Below are positions 44,857 through 53,503 of a stretch of DNA of 55,603 nucleotides, in pieces. Source of the stretch: a virus (lineage: Duplodnaviria > Caudoviricetes); IMG/VR virus record IMGVR_UViG_3300044713_000025, positions 1 through 55,603 of that record; one strand, 5' to 3'. A model generated the notes under the pieces. The model saw only the letters and a list, made by a program, of their open reading frames with translations, searched no databases and had not been told where the DNA came from. Within the stretch, counting starts at the first letter, position 1; the number at the start of each line of letters is the position of its first letter. Made by a program: the position numbers and the translations under genes.

Positions 44857-45159
44857 TCACAGCCCGAGTATCCGCGCTACTTGGTCAATGTGCTTTGGTG
44901 GCAAGTCATCCCAGCTTTCCCGGTTCAACCACGTTGTGGGATGGGGTATAAATTGTGGATCAGGGTTCCAGTTCGTGCGTGCCAATGCGTCCAGTATGGT
45001 CTCGATCGTTGTCTTTTTCAGTGCCTTCCTCAGTGCGATCCTAACAGCGCCCTTGCCAACCTGCCGGGGATAGGCGTTCCAGAATGCGATCATTTCTGGC
45101 GTCTCATTCGTGCGGTTGATCGCCCGTACCGTGCCGAGCGTGAACAAAGACGTGCCCAT
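44857..45159 (-). CDS. Stand-alone replication-initiator C-terminal domain
   Basis: FWNAYPRQVGK..V...FIPHPTTWLNRESWDD; no N-terminal DNA-binding domain. Confidence 0.7.
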   Translation of the reverse strand: MGTSLFTLGTVRAINRTNETPEMIAFWNAYPRQVGKGAVRIALRKALKKTTIETILDALARTNWNPDPQFIPHPTTWLNRESWDDLPPKHIDQVARILGL

Positions 45160-45161
45160 TC

Positions 45162-45506
45162 TTATACCCCCACCAAGTCGGTTTGTCGTTCGTCATCGCC
45201 AAGCCGACGCTGCAACGCAAGCGCAGCTCGGCCCCAGGCGTCGCACTCTAATATGCAGTGATCTATCGCCTCGATTGCCGTATAGAGCGTTGACCGATCG
45301 CGCCCGAACTGCCGAGCAATGACGGACCATGAGCGTGAAGTCATCCTGACCGCCAGCCACATGCCGATTTGCCGTGGCCTTGCCAGATGCCGTGATCGCC
45401 GTTCGCCCAGAAGATCGCGCATGGGCAATGCGAACTCGCCACACACCGCAGCTTGGATGGCGGCTATCGTGGGTTCGGGGAATGTAGGACCACCGTCACT
45501 CCCCAT
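45162..45506 (-). CDS. DnaA C-terminal HTH (domain IV-like) protein
   Basis: I..IQ.AV...F.....DL...RR...ARPRQI.MWLA...T..S...IARQFGRD.ST. Confidence 0.85.
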   Translation of the reverse strand: MGSDGGPTFPEPTIAAIQAAVCGEFALPMRDLLGERRSRHLARPRQIGMWLAVRMTSRSWSVIARQFGRDRSTLYTAIEAIDHCILECDAWGRAALALQRRLGDDERQTDLVGV

Positions 45507-45765
45507 CCTGGTACACTCCCCACTTCGCCACATCGTCGTCCAAGTTGACCAGCCCGAGTAGCCACGCATCATGGTCCTTCACCCACGCGACCACTTGGTC
45601 GGTAGTCAGCTTAGCTGACTTCGCCAGTTCGCCTACCGTCGTGTAAGGCCATTCGCGACCGGCTTTGAGGTTGATCGTGTCTAGCCGCCGTAACTGCGTG
45701 AGGATGCGTCGCGCTTCGATTGAAGCGGGATCGGTTATCGGCTGGCCGTACCTACCGCGATACAT
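45496..45765 (-). CDS. Hypothetical protein
   Basis: GGGAG RBS before MYRGRY. Confidence 0.6.
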   Translation of the reverse strand: MYRGRYGQPITDPASIEARRILTQLRRLDTINLKAGREWPYTTVGELAKSAKLTTDQVVAWVKDHDAWLLGLVNLDDDVAKWGVYQDGE

Positions 45766-45964
45766 GGGATTCTCCCTGCAATGCAGCATCACATGCAGCG
45801 ATAGCGGAGCTAGCTCTTGTACGTAGTGCATGAGAAAGCGACACGCGCCGTCCACCTTCATAGATGCAGCTATCGCTAGCTAGCTTTAACAACGACTCAA
45901 ATTCCGCCCGACACTTCTCGATAAAAGCGCGATCGCTCGGTCGCGTCGTTTGACCTTTGCTCAT
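45752..45964 (-). CDS. Hypothetical protein
   Basis: ATGA-coupled to the upstream gene. Confidence 0.55.
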   Translation of the reverse strand: MSKGQTTRPSDRAFIEKCRAEFESLLKLASDSCIYEGGRRVSLSHALRTRASSAIAACDAALQGESHVSR

Positions 45965-46341
45965 CGCCCGACTCCATGCTTGGTATTAGCCGCATAGATC
46001 GACCAGTCAGCCGGGTTAATCCGAAACACGCTCCGTATCAGCCCCGGCTTGGCCCTAGCCTCCTGCCGTAATGCAGCAACCGCAGCGCCTTGCTCGTACG
46101 CAAACGCCCGACTGGTTCTGACAGGCCGCAAGAGCTTTAACGGTGGGCCGTCCAGAAACGGCGGACAGGCGTTCCAGCGGGTTTCCCAGACGGCCTTGCG
46201 GCCAATGCCAAGGTGAGCGGCGATCTTCCCATCCCGCCAGCCGTGCGCATTTCGCACCGCAGCAACGTCCTTGGCGCACTGGTTCCGGCGCTGCTGGACT
46301 ATCCGCCAAGTCTCCTTGACGGCTCGGGGGGCGCTTAACAC
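45961..46341 (-). CDS. Basic HTH-like protein
   Basis: DGKIAAHLGIGRKAVW; its start overlaps the stop of a 40-aa leader ORF (46335-46457). Confidence 0.5.
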   Translation of the reverse strand: MLSAPRAVKETWRIVQQRRNQCAKDVAAVRNAHGWRDGKIAAHLGIGRKAVWETRWNACPPFLDGPPLKLLRPVRTSRAFAYEQGAAVAALRQEARAKPGLIRSVFRINPADWSIYAANTKHGVGR

Positions 46342-46442
46342 CGGCTAAGTGGTGAAAACTGCGTGAAATTCTGCGTCTGTTCTGCAACAGACACTTGCGC
46401 TGCGCTGCGGTATAGGTTGCAACGCGGGGCAAAACACCATAA

Positions 46443-46531
46443 GTCGTTGACTGACATGACGCGCCTCCATCACAGGCCGTAGTCGGATCAAGGCGGTCAG
46501 TCCCCTGCCCAGGGACTGGCCGTCGTCTTTT
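46443..46531 (+). ncRNA. Candidate antisense sRNA ending in an intrinsic terminator
   Basis: 13-bp stem 46492-46504/46512-46524 plus TCTTTT on the plus strand, opposite the GGAGG..ATG(46457) of a minus-strand ORF. The 5' end is approximate. Confidence 0.55.
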
Positions 46532-46577
46532 CAGGGGGTAAACCTAATCCTCATTCGCGCTGGACAACAAGACCGAA

Positions 46578-46991
46578 TCAGCGAACGGGAGCATCTTTTT
46601 CCGATGTCTCTCCATCGCCAACCGGCGGGCGTAGGTTGATTAGAATGAACGCATCCTGCCCATCGACCACCGATAGATCGCCACGCTCGCGCCTAATGAT
46701 CCAATCACCCGGTCCAGCGTTGAGCAAACCACTAGCGGTCTGGACATCCCATTGCGCATAGTCCGTGCTGCCTCTTGTGTGGGGTTTCAGATGACCGGTT
46801 CCGATGGCGTCCTTGAGCCATTGAGGGACCGCAGAGAATGGCGAACCTTCCCAATCATGCCCGTTATAGTCAGCCGCGGTCACTTTCACTGCAATCTCCG
46901 CCGAGTCGCCCTCTCTATTGTACTCCCCATACCGGGGTAGACGACGTGGAGGGGAGAAAGACTCGTTCGCCGCTAGTTCATTTATATCCAT
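46578..46991 (-). CDS. Hypothetical protein (PGDWII motif family)
   Basis: P.WL..A...V.T..G...A.PGDWIIR...G.L. Confidence 0.7.
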   Translation of the reverse strand: MDINELAANESFSPPRRLPRYGEYNREGDSAEIAVKVTAADYNGHDWEGSPFSAVPQWLKDAIGTGHLKPHTRGSTDYAQWDVQTASGLLNAGPGDWIIRRERGDLSVVDGQDAFILINLRPPVGDGETSEKDAPVR

Positions 46992-47155
46992 CTGTTTTCT
47001 CCGTTTTCAGTCTCTTACGCCGCTGTCTTTCGGCGGTAGTGAAAAAGAGTTTCACATCGTCGTTGACCCTATAAGGACAGCAGAGGTAGTAGGTGCAATC
47101 GACAACCTCTTTGCCGCACTTGCACAACAGCGACTCGTCGTCCATCCAACCACTC

Positions 47156-47584
47156 CTAGATCGTATGCCGGCGCAGGGGTATTCCCCACTCCGCCAACTG
47201 CTTGAGAACGGACGGCACGCTTTCGCACACAGCTATAGTCACACCTGATTGCCGAAGCCGCTCGAAAACCACGTCCTGCCCTTCCAAGGTTCGCAGAGTG
47301 CCGCGCCTTGTCCGAACCTGCCGCGTCTTGGACAGCCTACCACCGGGCCGCTTTAGCTCCACGCCGTAAACCTTGCCGTCGTAGATTGCCCATACATCAG
47401 GCAGACCCCTTTTGGCGCCGATTCGCACAAACCGCGCTCGCTGATGCGGCGCAAGGTTGGCGTGACCTAGCGGCATGGCAAACCAGAACGCGGGCGGTAG
47501 TAGAAGGATGTCCAACGCATCGGCCACGCTCGCCTGTATGTCTGTCTCAGACTGGTTGTTCGTGAGCTTTAAAGGCTTAGGCAC
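47156..47584 (-). CDS. VRR-NUC (PD-D/ExK) nuclease, probable Holliday-junction resolvase
   Basis: SETDIQ, G.KRGLPD, VELKRPGGRLS..Q. Confidence 0.85.
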   Translation of the reverse strand: MPKPLKLTNNQSETDIQASVADALDILLLPPAFWFAMPLGHANLAPHQRARFVRIGAKRGLPDVWAIYDGKVYGVELKRPGGRLSKTRQVRTRRGTLRTLEGQDVVFERLRQSGVTIAVCESVPSVLKQLAEWGIPLRRHTI

Positions 47585-47798
47585 GCGCACGGCTGGCTCT
47601 TGTGACGCGGGGATGATCCCATAGGTCTGGGCGTAGTTCATAGCGTGGAACGCCTGTAGCGGCTTCTACGTCCTTGGCACGCTCCGCTGGACATCTGTCC
47701 CAAGCAGAGACGGCCTGCGGTTTGATACCAAGGGCGGACGCGAGGGCGACCACCGAACCGGCTGCCGCAATCGCTCTGGCAAGGGCTTCGTCACGCAT
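47577..47798 (-). CDS. cro: Cro-like (YdaS-type) HTH repressor, leaderless
   Basis: AIAAAGS..ALA.ALGI.PQAVS.W..CPAER...VEAATGVPR.ELRPDL. Confidence 0.88.
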   Translation of the reverse strand: MRDEALARAIAAAGSVVALASALGIKPQAVSAWDRCPAERAKDVEAATGVPRYELRPDLWDHPRVTRASRARA

Positions 47799-47890
47799 GC
47801 AGGATACCTACCCGAAAAGAAAATGGGGCGCAAGACGAAATTGCGGCTTGATTTTCCAATCCGAATGGCGCAAGGTTGTCTTGCGACCAC
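47799..47890. promoter_or_regulatory. Divergent early control region
   Basis: Minus: TTGCGC-17-TAGGTA-6-ATG. Plus: TTGATT-17-CAAGGT. Inverted repeat CGCAAGAC (47829) / GTCTTGCG (47878). Confidence 0.6.
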
Positions 47891-47907
47891 CGTTGGAGGC
47901 TGATTCC

Positions 47908-48339
47908 ATGAACTACTCAACTGCTGTTTTCCTTATCAATGACGCCGTGCGCGCCATCGCCTGCAAGTACGAGCAGCACGACAGCGCCAAAGATACCACC
48001 TTTAAAACCATGGACGCCTCTATCAAGGTAGATGACCTCGTGATTGTACCGACAACTACCCGACATGGATTTACCGTGGTTAAGGTAACAGCCGTTGATC
48101 TTGACGTGGACTTCGATAGCCCAGCACAGATGGCATGGGTCGTCGGCAAGGTCGATGTTTCTGGCTATGAGATCACGCTCGCTCAGGAACAAGAAGCAAT
48201 CAGTGCAATCCATTCCGCCGAACGCAATAGGAAGCGCAGCGAGTTGAAGACCGCACTCCTCGCTGATGTTTCTGGATTGAAAACGCTGGCGATCGCTGGC
48301 AGTATTGAACCGTCAGACGCCGATACGTCGGCGTCCTGA
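47908..48339 (+). CDS. Conserved phage hypothetical protein
   Basis: GGAGG RBS; FKT.D..I.VDD.V.VPT.TRHG.TV.KV..VD. Confidence 0.75.
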   Translation: MNYSTAVFLINDAVRAIACKYEQHDSAKDTTFKTMDASIKVDDLVIVPTTTRHGFTVVKVTAVDLDVDFDSPAQMAWVVGKVDVSGYEITLAQEQEAISAIHSAERNRKRSELKTALLADVSGLKTLAIAGSIEPSDADTSAS

Positions 48340-48349
48340 CAGAAGAATT

Positions 48350-48481
48350 GGCGATGACCCCAGTCCGTATGCCCAGGGGAGTTGCCGGATGCCGGCCCAT
48401 GCGGGCCGATGCTCACTGCGTGAGCATGATCGAAAACGGGGGCGCCGAGGGATTACGGACGAAGGCGCCCCCGAGTTCGAT
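48350..48481 (+). ncRNA. Four-hairpin structured RNA with a loop-loop pseudoknot
   Basis: Loop GTCCGTA (48363-48369) is complementary to loop TACGGAC (48454-48460). Confidence 0.6.
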
Positions 48482-48492
48482 AGGAATACCCA

Positions 48493-48660
48493 ATGGCCGC
48501 TTGCAATAAATGCGGCGCCCACATTTGGCGGAAGCGCCCCGATGGCAGCCGTAAATGCCGACGCTGCGGTTTCTTACCAAGCGGTCGCCATCTCAACCGA
48601 GATGGTTGTTGCCATATCCCGCTAACGTGTGTCGTGCAGAATAAGAAGGATAAGCCATGA
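48493..48660 (+). CDS. Small Zn-finger protein (55 aa)
   Basis: CNKC...CRRC; AGGA RBS. Confidence 0.5.
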   Translation: MAACNKCGAHIWRKRPDGSRKCRRCGFLPSGRHLNRDGCCHIPLTCVVQNKKDKP

Positions 48661-48751
48661 CCATCCTCCGTTTCCTCGCTAACCTGCCGCGCGAGATAGC
48701 GTTTGCGTTCCGCGCTGCTTGGAACGAAGCCCAGTGCTCACAGAGGCCGTC

Positions 48752-49030
48752 ATGGAAGCGGTGAACGACCGCGTGCATACTCGTGAGGCCGAGCGCAAGT
48801 TGCTGGAGGTTGCCTGTCGGCTATACCCGAGCCGCGCCGAACGAGCAGCTATGCGGGGCGCTCTAATGGATGCGGCTGGATTGCTGGATGCGCTGGCGAC
48901 TGACATTGCCGCACAGCATTTTAAGCGAGGGCGCATTACTGTACGCGGACTTGAGCTTGCCGCAATGGTCAATGACTGCGCCAATACCGTATTCGCCATG
49001 CGCGAGAAGATTGAGGTGCCCCGTGACTAG
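48752..49030 (+). CDS. Hypothetical protein
   Basis: Coupled ORF in the early operon. Confidence 0.6.
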   Translation: MEAVNDRVHTREAERKLLEVACRLYPSRAERAAMRGALMDAAGLLDALATDIAAQHFKRGRITVRGLELAAMVNDCANTVFAMREKIEVPRD

Positions 49031-49265
49031 GGAAACGATGCTCTCCCTCGGCACTCTGGTTCGCCACGACAACCGGGAGGCTTGGGTCTGCGCTCGCTCG
49101 CTGGATAAGCCGCCCCGGTATCAGGTCACGTATCTGGACGGTGCCAAGCCCTTACGGCGGGATCACCTAGAGAACGGCGATCTGGAGGTGCTGGACCGCC
49201 ATCCGGCGAGCGACATGCGGTTGCCTGCGGGACTGCGCGAGTGGTTGGCGGATAGTAGGAAATAG
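49023..49265 (+). CDS. Hypothetical protein
   Basis: GAGGTG RBS. Confidence 0.6.
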   Translation: MTRETMLSLGTLVRHDNREAWVCARSLDKPPRYQVTYLDGAKPLRRDHLENGDLEVLDRHPASDMRLPAGLREWLADSRK

Positions 49266-49275
49266 GGAGACATTC

Positions 49276-49926
49276 ATGCACTACCACCTTGAGATAGTGA
49301 TGCCGCCTACGGACGACGTGGAAGCGGCCGTGACGCTAATTCTTGCGCCGTTCGATGAAAACGGCAACGGCGAGGATTACAGCGCTCGTTCGGCGTTTTG
49401 GGACTATTGGGTGATTGGCGGTCGCTGGGGCGGCTCTAAGTTGCTGGCAACTTTGGGTAAAGACCGGGTTGACGCCTTCTATAAGATTCTCGCCGATGCG
49501 AAGATCACCGTGAGCGGCCTACAGTTCGGCAAGCAGACACTAGAGCCATCATCGCAAATCGATACCGTGGATATGCTGTGGCGTGATGCCTTCCCCGACT
49601 CGCCTGTGCGCGAATGCCCTCTGTTCGATAATTACAAAGGGCAATATGGTGACATCATGCCTTTGCGTGATTGTCCAAAGGACATGACGTGCTCCCACAT
49701 CATCATAGCTGGTCCCCGCTTTCGGGGGGACGGCGTGGAGGCAGCGTACATGCTGCAAGATAGCATCTGGAACGGCGTCACCTATCAGGACACGACATGG
49801 GACCACAAACTCAGTAGCGCCATCGCTGAACGCTCCAAGTGGCTAGAAAGCGCCAAGCCCGATTACGCAGCGGCACGTATCCCCGCTGATGACTGGCTTG
49901 TTGTTACGGTGGACTATCACTCGTGA
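49276..49926 (+). CDS. Conserved phage hypothetical protein
   Basis: WDYWVIGGRW and C-terminal DDWLV.VDYH motifs. Confidence 0.8.
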   Translation: MHYHLEIVMPPTDDVEAAVTLILAPFDENGNGEDYSARSAFWDYWVIGGRWGGSKLLATLGKDRVDAFYKILADAKITVSGLQFGKQTLEPSSQIDTVDMLWRDAFPDSPVRECPLFDNYKGQYGDIMPLRDCPKDMTCSHIIIAGPRFRGDGVEAAYMLQDSIWNGVTYQDTTWDHKLSSAIAERSKWLESAKPDYAAARIPADDWLVVTVDYHS

Positions 49927-50213
49927 TGTTCGACCGCTATTTCCGCGACATGGACGAAGCCGAGCGGCTGAACCTCGCCCTCGAAGATTGGCAGGCGGCA
50001 ACCGGCTGGTGGCGCGACGCCTGCCGGATATACGCCCACAAGCTGCTGATGCGGATGATCCGCGAGCGGGATGCGGGACGGGCGAAGCTGAAAGCAGCGG
50101 CTGAACGGGCGCGGATCAAGCGGGAACGCGATGGCTTCTGCATAGCCCCGTCCGATGAGCCTTGCCCCTACTGGCGGGGTTACTGCCGCCGCGATCCTGC
50201 CTGCAATAACTGA
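49923..50213 (+). CDS. Hypothetical protein
   Basis: GTGA-coupled to the upstream gene. Confidence 0.55.
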   Translation: MMFDRYFRDMDEAERLNLALEDWQAATGWWRDACRIYAHKLLMRMIRERDAGRAKLKAAAERARIKRERDGFCIAPSDEPCPYWRGYCRRDPACNN

Positions 50214-50230
50214 ACACAGAGGAGAACACA

Positions 50231-50635
50231 GTGAACCTAGTATCGGTAAAGTCCGTCAGCGAAATCAAGCTGTCTGGCGTCAAGATCGCGTTAACGCTGG
50301 AGGACAAGTCCATCGTCAGCATGAACATCATGGATGCCGCTGGCAACCTCGTGGTGGTGAAGTCAATCGGCGCGTATGGAAATGGGATCAAGGTGCTGAT
50401 CCCTGCGCCTCCCGAGAAGGCTACGCGCTGGGTAGTCACCGGCAAGCTGCTGGGTTTGACGCAGATTGACGAGGCATTCGAGGATCACCACGACGCGCTG
50501 GAACGGATGCGCTCCTACCGGAACGAGACAGGCAAGTACGATGACGCCTCGCTCGGCCTGACGATTGAGGAACGGGAGGTTGAGATTGACCCGGCGCAAA
50601 AGCCAGCCGCCGACTTGGTCGAGATACCGTTCTGA
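50231..50635 (+). CDS. Hypothetical protein with SSB-like acidic C-terminal tip (EIPF)
   Basis: GAGGAG RBS; ends DLVEIPF; next to the recombination genes. Confidence 0.7.
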   Translation: MNLVSVKSVSEIKLSGVKIALTLEDKSIVSMNIMDAAGNLVVVKSIGAYGNGIKVLIPAPPEKATRWVVTGKLLGLTQIDEAFEDHHDALERMRSYRNETGKYDDASLGLTIEEREVEIDPAQKPAADLVEIPF

Positions 50636-51162
50636 TGGCACAGACGCCCCCCTCCCCCCGCAGCATGGAACTTGCCATTGCCGAGCTAATGCGCGTTCGC
50701 CAGCAGTTATTGGTGGACGACCCGACGATTGCCGACGACGAAAGGTTGTTCTCGGACCTTCTGAGCGGGGAAGGCGGCGATGCAATGGAGGTGGTCAACC
50801 GCCTTGTGCGCGCCGCTCTGCACGCTGGCAGCATGGCTACAGCAGCCAAGGTCCGTGTGCTTGATCTGGAGCAACGGGCGCAGCGGTATGCCAACCGAGA
50901 GAAGTCCCTACGAGCCGCCGTGATGTCCGTGCTGGAGGCTTTGGGGATGAAGCGGCATGAGGAGCCTGACTTTTCGGTTAGCATCTCTGCTGGCTCTCCA
51001 TCGGTCCAGATCATTGACGCTGGCGCCCTACCAGACGCCTTTGTGGTCACTGAGCGTCGTCCAGATAAGGTGGTCATCAGCGCCGCATTGAAGGCTGGGC
51101 AGGAAGTGCCGGGGGCGACTCTCTCGAACTCCGGTCCTCGCATTACAATCCGCACTCGCTAA
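50635..51162 (+). CDS. Siphovirus Gp157-family protein
   Basis: Coiled coil, then SV.I.D...LP..F....PDK..I..ALKAG.EVPGA.L.N.....IR. Confidence 0.88.
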   Translation: MAQTPPSPRSMELAIAELMRVRQQLLVDDPTIADDERLFSDLLSGEGGDAMEVVNRLVRAALHAGSMATAAKVRVLDLEQRAQRYANREKSLRAAVMSVLEALGMKRHEEPDFSVSISAGSPSVQIIDAGALPDAFVVTERRPDKVVISAALKAGQEVPGATLSNSGPRITIRTR

Positions 51163-51175
51163 GGGAACTTCGCAC

Positions 51176-51928
51176 ATGGACCAGCAGGTTACGACCACCA
51201 ATGCTGCCGCCGTTTTTGAACAGGTGCTGATCAAAGGCGACCTGTCCAAGCTGACACCGCAAGAGCGGACGAAATACTACATGGAGGTCTGCCGCAGCAT
51301 CGGCCTGAACCCGCTTACAAAGCCATTCGAGTATATTCTGCTTAACAACAAGCTGACATTGTATGCGCTCAGGACATGCACAGACCAGTTGCGCTCTATC
51401 CACGGCGTGTCGGTGGAGGATTTGAGCGAGAGTGAACGGGATGGGGTCTATATCGTTACCGCCAAGGTGCGGAACAAGGAAGGTCGAACCGATATGGCAA
51501 AGGGTGCTGTCACCCTCGGCCAGTTGAAAGGCGAAGCGTTGGCAAACGCCATCATGAAGTGCGAAACCAAGGCGAAGCGGCGTGCTACGCTGTCTATCTG
51601 TGGCCTTGGATTTCTGGATGAAACTGAGGTGGAGTCTCTGCCACCCGCATCGCCAGCGCCAGAGCCGGTCGTTGAGGCTAAGGCCGAGAACACCGATCCT
51701 TACCCGACGCTGGACGAGCAGAACGGCACCAAGTGGCTCAAAAACCTTGACGTTCTATTGGCGCAGGCCAGCGAGACACAGCACGTTGTGGACCTACGCG
51801 GCGATTCGCGGGTGGAGAAGGCGATCAAGGCCGCTCCTACCGCTATACGCATGAGGATCGAGGACATGTTCAAGGAGTCTTATGCCCGCTTGGGCGAGCC
51901 TGACTACGTGGACGCCGAGCCTGTCTGA
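51176..51928 (+). CDS. Single-strand annealing recombinase (RecT/Bet-like)
   Basis: C...GLNPL.KPF, MKCETKAKRRATL...GLGFLDETE. Confidence 0.8.
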   Translation: MDQQVTTTNAAAVFEQVLIKGDLSKLTPQERTKYYMEVCRSIGLNPLTKPFEYILLNNKLTLYALRTCTDQLRSIHGVSVEDLSESERDGVYIVTAKVRNKEGRTDMAKGAVTLGQLKGEALANAIMKCETKAKRRATLSICGLGFLDETEVESLPPASPAPEPVVEAKAENTDPYPTLDEQNGTKWLKNLDVLLAQASETQHVVDLRGDSRVEKAIKAAPTAIRMRIEDMFKESYARLGEPDYVDAEPV

Positions 51929-52347
51929 TGCACGGACGGCTTGAGGTTGTCCTACGCGTGACCGCAGAGGGCTACACAGCGGGGGACGACGCTGCGGCCA
52001 AGCAGCACGCCAAGCTCAAGGTCGGTTCGCTGGTGGGAGCTAGGATCGCGCGTAGCCGGTCAATCCAACAGCACCGCCGTTACTGGAAGGCGCTGGAATG
52101 CGCTGTGGCCGCGACCGGCAAATGGCCTACGCCAGAATACCTGCACGTCGCTCTAAAGGAAGCTACTGGGCACTTCATGGTGGTTCGGCTGATGAACGGC
52201 CGTATGGTCAAGGTTCCCGGTTCGACGGCGTTTGACGAAATGAACCACGAGCAATTCACGGCGTACAGCGAGGACGCTTTGCGCATACTAGCCGACGATA
52301 TCGGGGTCAGTATAGAGCAGCTTCTGGACGAGTCGCGTGCGGCATAA
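51928..52347 (+). CDS. DUF1367/NinB-like recombination accessory protein
   Basis: RS..QHR.YW.A, LK...G, P.S.AF..M....F..Y. Confidence 0.7.
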   Translation: MHGRLEVVLRVTAEGYTAGDDAAAKQHAKLKVGSLVGARIARSRSIQQHRRYWKALECAVAATGKWPTPEYLHVALKEATGHFMVVRLMNGRMVKVPGSTAFDEMNHEQFTAYSEDALRILADDIGVSIEQLLDESRAA

Positions 52348-52714
52348 GATCGACTCGTCCATGTTGCCCTTTGGCAAGCCCACCATCATCCGATCCCCAC
52401 GTCATCTGGCGTTCGTCGCTGGACACGGCTGCGCTATCTGCGGACGTAGGCCGGTGCATGTCCACCACCTGACCTACGGATGGCCCAAGGCTCGCGGACG
52501 GAAGGCGCCAGATAGCCTCACAGTGCCCCTCTGTATGGCTCATCACCAGGGCGAGGATAGCCCGCACGCCTGGGGTAGCGAACGGCGCTGGTGGGCCTAT
52601 CACGAACGGGACGGGCTGGCTTTGGCAGCGGCGTATTGGGCGCAGTCGCCTGGAAACATGAAGGCTACTCCCTCTCCCGCCGCTTCCCCCACCGCAGGAA
52701 CAGACCAGCTATAG
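52337..52714 (+). CDS. DUF968-like Zn/HNH-type nuclease
   Basis: RS.RHL.FV....C.ICG...HHL...KAPD...VPLC..HH. Confidence 0.8.
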   Translation: MRHKIDSSMLPFGKPTIIRSPRHLAFVAGHGCAICGRRPVHVHHLTYGWPKARGRKAPDSLTVPLCMAHHQGEDSPHAWGSERRWWAYHERDGLALAAAYWAQSPGNMKATPSPAASPTAGTDQL

Positions 52715-52732
52715 CGTTCACAAGCCGCCAGA

Positions 52733-53503
52733 TCATGCGATTGCCACGTCCGACATATCCCCGGCCAGCGCAACGCGGTCCAGCCCCGACGGTGTGCGGC
52801 CAGTGGTATCCAGCCAGCCGCCTGGTGACAGGTCCAGCGGCACGTCCACTTGGCGGCAATACTGACGCAGCACCTCCGAGTGGATCGGCAAATCCAGTCC
52901 CCACGTCCGCGTGGTGAACTCCCCGTTGCCGTCAGACGCCCCTAGTACCGTCTCATGACCCGCCCAGGGCGTCGTCCAGTCGCTCGACGTGCCAGGGGCC
53001 ACAGACCAGTTGGCAGGGTCTTGCAGCGCCATGCAGAGGTTCCACGTCGCCATGAGCGGCCCAGCGCACCACAGGGCGATGCTCAGGTGCTCTACGTTCG
53101 TTGGATCGACCGTTAGCCAATGCGGGACATCAAGCGTCTGATCGTTCACTCGAACTCCAAGACGGCACCAGTTTCCCATGCCGACAGCGGTATCAGTTCC
53201 AACGTCCGGCGTGCCGGTAAGCTGGTTAAAGCCCGTATCGAATGTGTAATCAGACAAGACCGCTTGCAAAGATGGCCGCGTGGAATCGCCAGCCATGTTG
53301 GCTCTTCGTAGAGCGATCACCCAGCGCCGCGCTATCGGGTAGCAATTCGAGTACTTGTCATTACCGAGTGCGTCTTGGTCGGCTGGGATCGCCTTGAACC
53401 AGTCGCACGCTTGCGGCGTCATCTGGTGCAGCGCAGCGCGAGCGCCGATCGGGCGGATGGCAACAGGCGGACGGGAGAAGATTGCACCAGCGCGGAAGGT
53501 CAT
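52733..53503 (-). CDS. Papain-like cysteine peptidase
   Basis: LGNDKYSNC, D.GT, GHETVLG and TWG (Cys-His arrangement). Confidence 0.6.
   Translation of the reverse strand: MTFRAGAIFSRPPVAIRPIGARAALHQMTPQACDWFKAIPADQDALGNDKYSNCYPIARRWVIALRRANMAGDSTRPSLQAVLSDYTFDTGFNQLTGTPDVGTDTAVGMGNWCRLGVRVNDQTLDVPHWLTVDPTNVEHLSIALWCAGPLMATWNLCMALQDPANWSVAPGTSSDWTTPWAGHETVLGASDGNGEFTTRTWGLDLPIHSEVLRQYCRQVDVPLDLSPGGWLDTTGRTPSGLDRVALAGDMSDVAIA

Noticed and set aside
46578-46991. Tad2-type anti-Thoeris sponge
   Set aside because: It lacks the W.PS..D..A.DW signature and instead matches the PGDWII-type hypothetical family.
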